From Tolypothrix carrinoi HA7290-LM1 (GTDB lineage: Bacteria; Cyanobacteriota; Cyanobacteriia; Cyanobacteriales; Nostocaceae): 64,000 bases of DNA. The notes beneath the pieces are model-generated. The model was not told where the DNA came from. It worked only from the letters and a program-made list of their open reading frames with translations, and did no database searches. The stretch covers positions 24,197 through 88,196 of the forward strand of contig JAHHIK010000021.1 in assembly GCA_019358935.1 (NCBI GenBank). Direction: 5' to 3'. This document shows, piece after piece, positions 53,871 to 63,257 of this stretch. The position numbers and the translations under genes are program-made. Numbering within the stretch: position 1 is the stretch's first letter; every line of letters begins with the position of its first letter.

Positions 53871-53937
53871 CATGTGTGGGGTGCGATCGCCTGACTATGC
53901 TATTAATGTTTCTTTAAAATTGAGATCAAGGTTGTGT

Positions 53938-54150
53938 CTATTGAGACAGCATCGAATTTTTCACCGCTTGCGTTAGTTCTTGTTCTGTGCATTGATACAA
54001 ATCCCGCAAGTGGAATACTTGCCATACCTCAAGCTTTGGCGTTGTTCTACCCTTTTCCCAGTTGCGAATAGAAGATTCCGCGCAGTCTAGTTCTTTGGCT
54101 ACGTCAAAAGTTCTCAGCCCTGCACGTTTTCTCAAGGCTCTTAGATCCAT
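53938..54150 (-). CDS. XRE/Cro-like HTH regulator
   Basis: LRKRAGLRTFDVAKELDCAESSIRNWEKGRTTP. Confidence 0.88.
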   Translation of the reverse strand: MDLRALRKRAGLRTFDVAKELDCAESSIRNWEKGRTTPKLEVWQVFHLRDLYQCTEQELTQAVKNSMLSQ

Positions 54151-54237
54151 AGCTGACTAGACGTTCTATCTATTTTAGCGTTAACATTTAGCGTTGAGTA
54201 TTGACAAAGGGTAATAAGTTGCACTTTAATCATGATT

Positions 54238-54284
54238 GAAGAGGCGTTAGTGCATCCCCGGCAAGAGACTCGCTAACGCCCTTC
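54238..54284 (+). promoter_or_regulatory. Conserved leader hairpin (copy 2)
   Basis: GAAGAGGCGTTAGTG-CATCCCCGGCAAGAGACT-CGCTAACGCCCTTC; TTGACA at 54201-54206. Confidence 0.7.
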
Positions 54285-54296
54285 ACTAAACTTTTT

Positions 54297-54548
54297 ATGG
54301 ACAACCTAATGATGCCACAAAATAGAGATTACAGCGATTCTTCGTTAGAAATGCAGGCGATCGCTTATAAAGAACGCTTGAATAATTGGGCTATTGCACG
54401 TTTACTTCCCGACATGCAACGGGTTATTGTTGCTAGATTTCGCAGTCGGTCTGATGCAGAGGGTCACATGCAGCTTCTACGTCAGTTGATACCCGATGCT
54501 TGCTTCGTGGTGGTGTTTGATTGTCAACGCGACGAAGCTGTGATTTGA
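54297..54548 (+). CDS. Small hypothetical protein, paralog of 44166-44402
   Basis: Clear full-length similarity to the paralog. Confidence 0.8.
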   Translation: MDNLMMPQNRDYSDSSLEMQAIAYKERLNNWAIARLLPDMQRVIVARFRSRSDAEGHMQLLRQLIPDACFVVVFDCQRDEAVI

Positions 54549-54600
54549 AGTAATGGAAAAGCGATCGCAGTCTTGGAGGTGAAGGTGCGCGAAGCGCTAA

Positions 54601-54869
54601 TTACCGCAGTTCGTTAAATTCTTCTTCAGTAATACCCAACTGCTTGAGAATTTGATAAAACAACCCTTCGGGTTCGCCAGGTGCTACAACGGGGGGAACC
54701 CCCGCAACGCACTGGCTCACCAACTACCAATTTCAGCATTACCATGAATGGGAATTGTGGTTGCTCGTCCATCTGGATGTTGCCAACGAGCATGACTTCC
54801 CTTCTGTCGTACTTTTTCAAATCCGAGTTTCCGAGCAATCCTTTCCAATTCACTTGCTTTAGCTGGCAT
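54601..54869 (-). pseudogene. hicA: HicA toxin interrupted by a 56-bp SDR insertion
   Basis: MPAKASELERIARKLGFEKVRQKGSHARWQHPDGRATTIPIHGNAEIGSW [insert 54664-54719] LFYQILKQLGITEEEFNELR*. Confidence 0.85.
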
Positions 54870-55080
54870 TTGCAATCACCAGATCAACGTTTCCAGGCAG
54901 CGATCGCCCTTCTTCTGCGTACTCTTCTTGAATCATCTCAAAAACATAGACGAGTTCGGTACGAGCTTCGTCTGGTGTTTGTCCCCAAGCGTGACAACTA
55001 GGAATCGCTGGGACGTATGCGACAAAAGTACCATTGTCATCGGGACGGATCACAACAGTGTAATCTTGTAGAGACTTCAT
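54859..55080 (-). CDS. hicB: HicB family antitoxin
   Basis: YTVVIRPDDNGTFVAYVPAIPSCHAWGQTPDEA. Confidence 0.88.
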   Translation of the reverse strand: MKSLQDYTVVIRPDDNGTFVAYVPAIPSCHAWGQTPDEARTELVYVFEMIQEEYAEEGRSLPGNVDLVIANAS

Positions 55081-55144
55081 GGGTATAGCCTACAGTTCTC
55101 ATATATAATGTAGCGCGACCATGCTTTTTGATAGCAATTAAATG

Positions 55145-55372
55145 CTATGTAAAACTAGCGACTTCCACAAAACGTTCAACAGCCAAGCTTTTACGATTGA
55201 GTTTAATTCGCTCAATTTCATGAAGGGTTTCCGCTGTCAGGTAACTTTCACTGCAATGAAGACAAGTTATCACGGGAATGTTTTCTATAACCAGCAGGTC
55301 TTGACCCTTGCCATAAGTTCTAGTAATCCTGCGGATTCTTGCTCCTTCGCTTCCACAAATATCACACACCAT
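55145..55372 (-). CDS. YgiT-type zinc finger protein (MqsA-like antitoxin)
   Basis: CDIC...IENIPVITCLHCSESY. Confidence 0.85.
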   Translation of the reverse strand: MVCDICGSEGARIRRITRTYGKGQDLLVIENIPVITCLHCSESYLTAETLHEIERIKLNRKSLAVERFVEVASFT

Positions 55373-55389
55373 CTAGCATTTTCCTGCTA

Positions 55390-55671
55390 TTAGAGTACAT
55401 ATACAGTAATGATAACGACTTTTCCAGTCGGACTCAGCTTGGCAATTATCTCTACTTCCCCACCATCAACAGTTGTGCCTCTGATACGGTATTTGGATTC
55501 TGCTGTCACCCTATCTTTTTGGCGTTCCAGTATTTCACCTGTGAGAATACCTTGTTCAACGTCGTAGATTGTTAAATTATCATCGTTCATCTCTTCTTCA
55601 GCGTGGAGCGTCATTACATATTGCTGAGAGGTTATTTTCTCACGCATCCGTCGCAAGATTTCGTCGAACAA
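55390..55671 (-). CDS. DUF4258 domain protein (putative toxin)
   Basis: TLHAEEEM, GEILE, VIITVY; immediately upstream of the YgiT gene. Confidence 0.82.
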   Translation of the reverse strand: MFDEILRRMREKITSQQYVMTLHAEEEMNDDNLTIYDVEQGILTGEILERQKDRVTAESKYRIRGTTVDGGEVEIIAKLSPTGKVVIITVYVL

Positions 55672-55772
55672 GGCAGTAATCTCAGATGAATTGGACTTTA
55701 ATAGTTTAGTGCGATGGCGCGAAGCGCCCGCGAGTACGCGATCGCGCAGCTAAAATCAAAAAAAAACTTTTT

Positions 55773-57494
55773 TTATCGAGGCCATACTTTAATCGCTATA
55801 TTAACTAAGTACTCGGCACGAGTTTTAATAGCTTCTTCATCCCAAACATCTAATTTTCGGAAATACTGGTTCAAAGTAAGATTACTTTCTTTTAAAAGGA
55901 TTAATTTATCATCAAATGGATTGTTAGATAACTCAGAGTTATAGCCAGTTAGCGTTAGATTACCTAAAGTGTGAAGCCATTTTTTGTGAACAGTACTATA
56001 CTTATCACCCAACATTTTTTGCCATTCTTTACGTAATGGCGACTTCTGCGGCATGATATGCTCGACACTTAACTTTTCAAAGTCAACCCGCTCCTTGGTC
56101 AGAGATTCTTCGATACTCTCTAGAAGAAGCTTTACTCTGTTATTTACACTTGAAATTTTACTGTATAAAGGTTCATTAATAAGTCCTTGACGAAATTCTT
56201 CGTCATCGGGCCAGCGTTGACTCTTATCGAAACTTATCAGAACATCGCGTAACCCACTTACCAAATCATCGGGATTTTTTTCTTGAACTTGTTTATATAA
56301 GTTGTCAAATACTTTACCTAAAGTCCTAGTAGGAACATTCGCCAACCAACGACGAACAAAGTAAGACTCTAAATAACGCAAAATTGTCTCAAAATCTGCT
56401 ATAGATAAGTGTTTCTCCTCATATTCATGATAAACATTCAAGAGAAAGATATGACAAGTTGTAAAGTTTAATCTTTCCAATCGCTTAAACCAACGCCTTA
56501 ATTTTGGGTCTGGTTCTTCATTCTCAAAACTCAGACGCTGATAGTAATTAGCAAATTGTACCAACTTTCGCAACTCATCCTTAATTCCTATTTCCGGTTT
56601 ATCAGATTGCTTCGCTGAATTATCAAAACGTTTTTTAATAGCTTGATATATAGCTTTTTCACTAACTGCCTCTCCATCTTTACGCAAATAAAACCAAAAA
56701 GCATTAGTCAATTTATCTGCATATTCTTTCTGACCCATTTTTTTCTTAAAGCTTTCTTGAAGAGGCAGCCATTCACTTTTATACACATTTTCTTGTTCTT
56801 CAGCAGGTAACTTCATAAATATATAATTACGAACTAAGTCTGCCTGTGTTAGCTCCTCTCCTTTATTATTTAAGCTTTCAAAAATTAAATATGGATTATC
56901 ATTGTTATCAGAAGTTATATTTACTAAAACCAAACTTTCTAATAAAATAGCTTTTATTTTAGCGTAGTCTAGCGGTTTTTCTTCATCAGGCTCTAACTTT
57001 TTAAACTGACTTTCAAAGAATTTATAAGCTTCATAAATTTGTTCCTCTTTTTTTAGTTCACTAGCTTTTTTACTTTGAATAATACTTTTATAGCCTTCAC
57101 GGTCTTCCTGAGTAGGTAGTACTTTATAAATATCGTCATTTTTTTTAAATTTATTGATTAAGTATAATTCTTCTACCTCCTGTGCCATACTAGGGTCGGA
57201 TTTCCTTAGACAATTTCTGAGTGCTGCTAGAACAATAGTTAAAGTTGTTAGCCTTTGTTGCCCGTCAATTACAATAAAAGGAGATATACCATCAGCTGTC
57301 CCAGATTCTTGTTGAGTTACTATAGGACCAAGAAAATAAAAGCCTTGTACTTTATTTAAGTAAAGGCTCATTAAGTCTTCCCATAAAGTTTCCCAGTTTT
57401 CCTTTTTCCAAGAGTACGGACGTTGAAAAAGTGGGATTTGAAACTGTTTAGTACCTTCTAGTAAGTTGCGGAGAGTAGTTTCTGATGCTTTCAT
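55773..57494 (-). CDS. DUF262/DUF1524 GmrSD-like restriction endonuclease
   Basis: IPLFQRPYSW, IDGQQRLTT, FESLNNKG, VEHIMPQ, LGNLTL..N..SN. Confidence 0.9.
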   Translation of the reverse strand: MKASETTLRNLLEGTKQFQIPLFQRPYSWKKENWETLWEDLMSLYLNKVQGFYFLGPIVTQQESGTADGISPFIVIDGQQRLTTLTIVLAALRNCLRKSDPSMAQEVEELYLINKFKKNDDIYKVLPTQEDREGYKSIIQSKKASELKKEEQIYEAYKFFESQFKKLEPDEEKPLDYAKIKAILLESLVLVNITSDNNDNPYLIFESLNNKGEELTQADLVRNYIFMKLPAEEQENVYKSEWLPLQESFKKKMGQKEYADKLTNAFWFYLRKDGEAVSEKAIYQAIKKRFDNSAKQSDKPEIGIKDELRKLVQFANYYQRLSFENEEPDPKLRRWFKRLERLNFTTCHIFLLNVYHEYEEKHLSIADFETILRYLESYFVRRWLANVPTRTLGKVFDNLYKQVQEKNPDDLVSGLRDVLISFDKSQRWPDDEEFRQGLINEPLYSKISSVNNRVKLLLESIEESLTKERVDFEKLSVEHIMPQKSPLRKEWQKMLGDKYSTVHKKWLHTLGNLTLTGYNSELSNNPFDDKLILLKESNLTLNQYFRKLDVWDEEAIKTRAEYLVNIAIKVWPR

Positions 57495-57580
57495 GCTTAT
57501 TATTTGCTTGATGTTTTGTTATATACAATCATAGACAAATTTTTGTACCATAAAAGACTAACTTCAGATGGATTTGCATT

Positions 57581-57606
57581 AAAAAGCCCGCGATTAGGCG
57601 GGCTTT
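57581..57606 (-). terminator. Hairpin with T-run
   Basis: AAAGCCCGC-CTAATC-GCGGGCTTTTT on the minus strand. Confidence 0.55.
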
Positions 57607-57672
57607 GCTCGTGAGCCAGTGATTTTAGCCTGCGGGCATCTATACACAATTACTACCTACTTTACGCTGTCA

Positions 57673-57734
57673 GCATACTCAAAATATCCTCAATCCTCGG
57701 CATTTACTCCAACGGAATCACTCTACCTTCATCT
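57673..57734 (-). repeat. Degenerate duplicate of the acnB 3' end
   Basis: 53/62 identity to 58299-58360. Confidence 0.85.
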
Positions 57735-57972
57735 ACTGCAAAAGGCTTTCAATTTCCTCATCGCTAAAGCCAAATTGCCTAAAAATACGCAAAACATAAG
57801 CAGGAGACATTTCCCCCGCACCCATATCTATAGGAACTACTCTCCGTTGACCTTCTACTTCAAGAGTATATAACCGATGGTCGCCTTTTCCCTCTCTATA
57901 AAATGTGCATCCACCTTTTTCTAAAAGCTTAATTAACTCCTTTGGTTTAAAAGAGGGAATATTTTTAGGCAG
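57733..57972 (-). CDS. hicA: HicA family toxin with a CTG start codon
   Basis: (L)PKNIPSFKPKELIKLLEKGGCTFYREGKGDHRLY...VVPID...VLRIFRQFG; overlaps the hicB stop. Confidence 0.7.
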   Translation of the reverse strand: MPKNIPSFKPKELIKLLEKGGCTFYREGKGDHRLYTLEVEGQRRVVPIDMGAGEMSPAYVLRIFRQFGFSDEEIESLLQ

Positions 57973-58225
57973 AAACCTTCCTTAATTCATATATATCAGA
58001 ATCTGGTTCTTCTAACAATAAAAATTCATGTAGTTCTTCGATAGAAATAGGAGATTTATAAATATTAGTATCAGATTTATAAACATCTTCAAAAGACTCA
58101 ATAGCCTCTTTTAACTTGTTAATAGCAGTTTCTTGAGTATTTCCCTGTCCAATAATCCCATTTTCTAAACATAAAGCGACCCAATAACCTGTACTTTGCC
58201 TAAATACTACTGTGTAAAAGTCCAT
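57965..58225 (-). CDS. hicB: HicB family antitoxin
   Basis: YWVALCLENGIIGQGNTQETAINKLKEAI. Confidence 0.82.
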   Translation of the reverse strand: MDFYTVVFRQSTGYWVALCLENGIIGQGNTQETAINKLKEAIESFEDVYKSDTNIYKSPISIEELHEFLLLEEPDSDIYELRKVSA

Positions 58226-58281
58226 TTATGTTTACCTAGTAAAGTTGTAATGTAAGGTGGGCACTGCCCACCCTACTTTAA

Positions 58282-60957
58282 TTATCTCGCAGCCGCCGGC
58301 ATCCCCAAAATATCTTCAATCCTGGGCATATCTTCTAACGCAATCACTCTACCTTCATCTTCAAAACCGCTAATTTGATCGAAGTTCAAATACCGATACA
58401 AATCATCGGCAAAAGGATGAATTCTATTCGCTACAATGTCCATATATTCCTGCACTGAAGGAATACGTCCTAGCAACGCACAAACTGCGGCTAATTCGGC
58501 TGAACCAAGATACACTCGCGCATCTTTACCCATGCGATTATTGAAGTTGCGGGTAGATGTTGAAAACACCGTTGTCCCGTCAGCAACTCGCGCTTGATTA
58601 CCCATACATAAACTGCAACCAGGCATTTCTGTTCGCGCATGTGCCGCATCAAAAATGTTGTAAATACCTTCTGATTTTAATTGCTGTTCATCCATGCGCG
58701 TAGGGGGACAAATCCACAAGCGAGTGTTTACTGTTCCTGCACCTTCTAACACTTTCGCTGTGGCGCGATAATGACCGATATTTGTCATACAAGAACCAAC
58801 AAATACTTCTTGTACTGGGTCATTCACAACTTGTGATAATAACTTAATATTATCAGGGTCATTTGGTGCAGCGACAATTGGTTCTTTGATTTCGTTTAAA
58901 TCAATTTCAATGACTTCCGCATACTCTGCATCTGCATCTGCTGACATCAATACCGGATTTGCTAACCATTCTTCCATTTTGATGACGCGGCGCATGATGG
59001 TACGAGCATCGGCGTAACCGCGTGCTACCATGTTCTTTAATAGCGCCACGTTAGACCGCAGATATTCAGCAACTGTCTCGACACTCAGCTTAATCGTACA
59101 ACCTGCACAAGAACGTTCTGCGGAAGCGTCGGTAAGTTCAAAAGCTTGTTCAACTTTCAAATCTGGCAAGCCTTCAATTTCCATAATCCGTCCAGAGAAA
59201 ACGTTTTTCTTATTTTTCTTGTCTACTGTCAGCAAGCCTTTTTGAATCGCGACGTAGGGAATTGCGTTCACGACATCTCGCAGGGTGATACCAGGTTGCA
59301 ATTCTCCTTTAAAGCGTACCAAAACAGATTCTGGCATATCCAACGGCATCACACCCAAAGCTGCTGCAAAAGCCACTAACCCGGAACCGGCGGGGAAGGA
59401 AATTCCCAAGGGAAAGCGGGTGTGAGAATCACCACCTGTGCCTACGGTGTCGGGTAACAGCATCCGGTTGAGCCAAGAGTGAATGATACCATCACCGGGA
59501 CGCAAGGCGACACCGCCACGAGAGGCAAAGAAATCAGGCAATTCTTGGTGAGTTTTGATATCAACTGGTTTGGGATAAGCTGCGGTATGACAAAAACTCT
59601 GCATCACTAAGTCTGCACTGAAGCCGAGACAAGCGAGTTCTTTCAATTCGTCGCGGGTCATCGGACCTGTGGTATCCTGAGAACCAACGGTGGTCATAAT
59701 CGGTTCGCAAGATGTACCGGGACGCACACCGATTAAGCCACAAGCTTTACCGACCATTTTCTGTGCTAAGGTGTAGCCTTTACCTGTGTTGGCTGGTTGG
59801 TGGGGACGCCTAAAGACGGTGCTGGGTTCTAAATTAAGTGCAGCGCGGGTTTTATCGGTGAGGGTGCGTCCAATTAGTAGGGGAATGCGTCCACCTGCGC
59901 GGACTTCATCTAAGATTGTATCTGGTTTGAGGGTGAAGGTAGAAATAACTTCGCCAGTTTCGTTGGTGATTTCCCCTTTGTAGGGATGGATGGTAATCAC
60001 CATGCCGGTTTCTAATTTGCTGACATCGCACTCGATGGGTAAAGCACCGGAATCTTCAGCGGTGTTGAAGAAAATGGGAGCGATCGCACTTCCTAATATA
60101 TATCCTCCCGCCCGTTTGTTGGGTACATAAGGTATATCTTGCCCCATATGCCACAATACTGAATTTATTGCCGATTTGCGCGAGGAACCTGTACCGACTA
60201 CATCCCCAACGTAAGCGACAGGATGCCCTTTTTTCTTTAACTCGGTAATCATTTGTATACCCCCAGGCATCCGTGATTCCAACATCACCAAAGCATGTAA
60301 AGGAATATCCGGGCGAGTTGTGGCGCTTTGAGCCGGTGATAAGTCGTCGGTGTTGGTTTCGCCGGCTACTTTAAATACTGTGACGGTAATAGCTTCGGGT
60401 ACTTCTGGACGAATGGTAAACCATTCCGCTTCTGCCCAAGAGTTGATCACGCGAAGAGCGAAGGGATTGATTTTAGATAATTCTAAGATGTCGTGAAAAG
60501 CATCATACACTAACAGAGTTTTGCTGAGGGCAGATGCGGCGTATGCGGCTATGGGTTCGGTTCCTTGTCCCCCCATCACTAACGGTGTTTCGGAGGATGT
60601 AGAGAAGGATACGGTGGGAACTTGCAATAATTCAATTAGCGATCGCACGTTATAACCGCCGATCATCGTCCCTAGCAATTCTACCGCATCGATGGATGAA
60701 ATTAACGGGCTGGTGATTTCCTCTTTGGCAATACCTGTGAGAAATCCCGCTTTGACGTAAGCTGCGGGATCGACACCGGGGGGAACGCGATCGCGCAATA
60801 AATGCAACAATGTCTCTTCTTCACCTTTGGGCGGATTTTTCAGTAATTCGCATAATTCTGAGGTTTGCTTCGCATCCAATGGTAAAGGGGGAATACCGAG
60901 TTGGGCACGTTCCGCAACATGTTGACGGTATTGGTCTAGCATTTTTATATTCTCCAT
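58282..60957 (-). CDS. acnB: Aconitate hydratase B
   Basis: [57 protein letters not shown] (start may be 60942). Confidence 0.97.
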   Translation of the reverse strand: MENIKMLDQYRQHVAERAQLGIPPLPLDAKQTSELCELLKNPPKGEEETLLHLLRDRVPPGVDPAAYVKAGFLTGIAKEEITSPLISSIDAVELLGTMIGGYNVRSLIELLQVPTVSFSTSSETPLVMGGQGTEPIAAYAASALSKTLLVYDAFHDILELSKINPFALRVINSWAEAEWFTIRPEVPEAITVTVFKVAGETNTDDLSPAQSATTRPDIPLHALVMLESRMPGGIQMITELKKKGHPVAYVGDVVGTGSSRKSAINSVLWHMGQDIPYVPNKRAGGYILGSAIAPIFFNTAEDSGALPIECDVSKLETGMVITIHPYKGEITNETGEVISTFTLKPDTILDEVRAGGRIPLLIGRTLTDKTRAALNLEPSTVFRRPHQPANTGKGYTLAQKMVGKACGLIGVRPGTSCEPIMTTVGSQDTTGPMTRDELKELACLGFSADLVMQSFCHTAAYPKPVDIKTHQELPDFFASRGGVALRPGDGIIHSWLNRMLLPDTVGTGGDSHTRFPLGISFPAGSGLVAFAAALGVMPLDMPESVLVRFKGELQPGITLRDVVNAIPYVAIQKGLLTVDKKNKKNVFSGRIMEIEGLPDLKVEQAFELTDASAERSCAGCTIKLSVETVAEYLRSNVALLKNMVARGYADARTIMRRVIKMEEWLANPVLMSADADAEYAEVIEIDLNEIKEPIVAAPNDPDNIKLLSQVVNDPVQEVFVGSCMTNIGHYRATAKVLEGAGTVNTRLWICPPTRMDEQQLKSEGIYNIFDAAHARTEMPGCSLCMGNQARVADGTTVFSTSTRNFNNRMGKDARVYLGSAELAAVCALLGRIPSVQEYMDIVANRIHPFADDLYRYLNFDQISGFEDEGRVIALEDMPRIEDILGMPAAAR

Positions 60958-61288
60958 TGGAATGTTATCCCTTTAATTATGAAATATTTTTAGGCAATAC
61001 TTGGCTATAAAAGTTTAGGTTACTTTTATTACTTAAAGTCTTACTGGTAATCGGTTATTAGCAATTTTTTTTATACTGAAGGTATAGTTTTCGTCAACCG
61101 AATATATTTAAACTTTGATAGAATACGAGCAACACTAAACTGGGTTGCTGTAGAATCCGAGTTTATTAGAAATTAATTAATCTGCTATAGGGGTTATTAG
61201 TTGAGTAGGTAGTGAACCCCACCCCCCAACCCCCTCCCCGCTCTTCGTGAGGGGGCTATGATGTAGCAAAATCTATAATTATTTATCG

Positions 61289-62156
61289 TTATTGTTGGTT
61301 TAACCAATTTTCTAAATCAGCAACACTAGAAAAGTCTAGCAATGCTTCTCCTAAATTCTCTAATTGTTCAATCGATAAGCCTTGAATTCGCTCGATTAAT
61401 GATGCATTAATTTCCCCAATACGGCGATTTAGTAAGCGTAGAACTAGACGTTGTTCTCCTGACTGTATAGCTCTTTGATAAAGTGGTTATAATCGCATAA
61501 TTAACTCCCTATCATCTGCTTCTAATTCTTGATTTCCTCTCAAGTTTTCGCGCAAGTTGTAAACTAATTCGAGGGTTGCTTTTTGGTATGGATGATCTAA
61601 TGGTAACGCTTGTAACTCGATAATCGCTTGTGACTGCACACTTCCTCTACCTAAAAGCCTCAACCATAATGTCTCTGGTGTTTGGGGTAGTTGGTGTATC
61701 GCTACAATTGCTGTTCGCAATGCATCTGGGAGAAAATGCACTCCTGATAACCAACCGGCTTTTTGCATAGTTCCGAAGCTAGACAATCTAGTTTCAGATA
61801 TGGTAGGTGTAAGAACCCACAATTTGGGAATTTCTGAGTCCTGAAGTTTGGTTTTATTTGCCGAGTGCTTCTCGTCGCAAGAAAGCCTTGACTTCTAATA
61901 ATTTGAGAATACAGTCGCAGATTTCATCGGTAGAAGCTGGATTGCGGAATGGTTCTATTATTGCTGGATGTTCAGCAAATCTTCCTAGCAAACCCAGTAT
62001 TTGTAAATTAGAGCTTTGCTGTTTGGCAGGAGTGAATAAAACATCTATTTCTTTAATTTATCCTGATACTTTTTCTGATGCTTTGACTTCTCCGTAATCT
62101 TTTAATAGTTCTTCTAGATAGTCTTTGGCAAATTTATCATGTATAAAACGGGTCAA
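61289..62156 (-). pseudogene. Rpn-like / DUF4351 protein pseudogene
   Basis: TRFIHDKFAKDYLEELL...VSG*IKEIDV; frameshift near 61860; ELIMRL*PLYQ; C-terminal 'LSIEQLENLGEALLDFSSVADLENWL'. Confidence 0.85.
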
Positions 62157-62162
62157 GAAGAA

Positions 62163-62342
62163 GGGTGTAGGGGGTAGGGGGTAGGGTTGCAGGTCTCGTT
62201 GACGGCATTGGTCGGGGCGTGTGATTAAGAGACCAATGCAAACGCGAGTGAAAAACGGGGCTTGTGACGAAGGCGGTTGTTGGGGCTATCACGAATGTGC
62301 AACCCTAAACCTGCAACCCCACACCCCGCCCCAACGGGGCTT
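62163..62342. other. GC-rich structured element (MITE-like or ncRNA)
   Basis: Outer stem TAGGGTTGCA/TGCAACCCTA; inner stem GCATTGGTC/GACCAATGC. Confidence 0.45.
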
Positions 62343-62394
62343 GGTCATTCAATTTTAAAATTGCGGAAGTTCTGGCTTAATGCAAAGTTTTATT

Positions 62395-62443
62395 ATATAG
62401 CAGTCCTGAATTATTCGTGAGAAAATTGATAAGACTGCTATAT
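62395..62443. mobile_element. Short TATAGC-ended MITE remnant
   Basis: ATATAGCAGTC...GACTGCTATAT. Confidence 0.55.
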
Positions 62444-62507
62444 CTGTAATGTCATATTTGGCTAATTACTTTTAATTTTTCATGCCTCGCCTAAAATGTA
62501 CTTAACT

Positions 62508-62933
62508 TTACTGGCTTAAACTTCCGCGCAACGGTACTATGGCGGTTATTTTATTTTCATCTGATGTTTTATCTGTGTTAGTTTTCAAGCGTGTCAATCT
62601 ACTTTTACGGATACGTTCGCTGTCTCGAACACCACCTGCCAGTTCATATTCATTGCTGTTTTTGCCGTACTTGAAACCAACACCCATCAGCATTTTGTCT
62701 GAAATCTGACTTAAGGTTTTTTCCATCTCATCCAACTTTTTTTTAGAAGAGTCAATCATAGCTATAGCAGCGTTATAATCATCAAGCATATTGTGAAACT
62801 GTTCTATTAATTGAGTCAGGCTTTGCAAGTTGCAAGTATCATCAAATTTGATATTTGGATCGATAGCTTTCAGTCCGGCAACTCTAAACTCAGCTTTTTC
62901 TAGAATCCGGGAACTACGTTTTCTTCGAGACAT
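62508..62933 (-). CDS. Uncharacterised helical protein with basic termini (…EYELAGGVR… family)
   Basis: MSRRKRSSRILEKAEFRVAGLKAIDP...YGKNSNEYELAGGVRDSERIRK. Confidence 0.8.
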   Translation of the reverse strand: MSRRKRSSRILEKAEFRVAGLKAIDPNIKFDDTCNLQSLTQLIEQFHNMLDDYNAAIAMIDSSKKKLDEMEKTLSQISDKMLMGVGFKYGKNSNEYELAGGVRDSERIRKSRLTRLKTNTDKTSDENKITAIVPLRGSLSQ

Positions 62934-63151
62934 AAATTTACACAACTTTTAAAGCTTTACAGAGCTATTTTGTCTCAATTAATCTGTATGCTGGTTCAGC
63001 AAAAAGCGCAGTTTTTTAAGCCAAATTTTTTACTTATGCCCGTAATTTCTCGGAATTTAATCAGCAAGGGTTGATTTTCAGGGAAATAATATTATGTTTA
63101 AGTTGCACGAAAACTACAATGTTGTTGCATAAGCGATCGCACCTTTACTTT

Positions 63152-63235
63152 TATAGCGGTTCTCGTTTGGATGCAGGCACAGCATTGCTGTGCCCTACAA
63201 ATGGTCTGTATTCTATGCAATTGAGAATCGCTATA
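63152..63235. mobile_element. TATAGC-ended MITE carrying a REP-like hairpin
   Basis: TATAGCGGTTCTC...GAGAATCGCTATA; inner GGCACAGCA-T-TGCTGTGCC. Confidence 0.65.
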
Positions 63236-63257
63236 GTCAACAGCGATCGCTTTAACA

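Noticed and set aside
54626..55001. ORFs 54626-54853 and 54681-55001
   Set aside because: Off-frame or antisense readings of the interrupted hicA and hicB.
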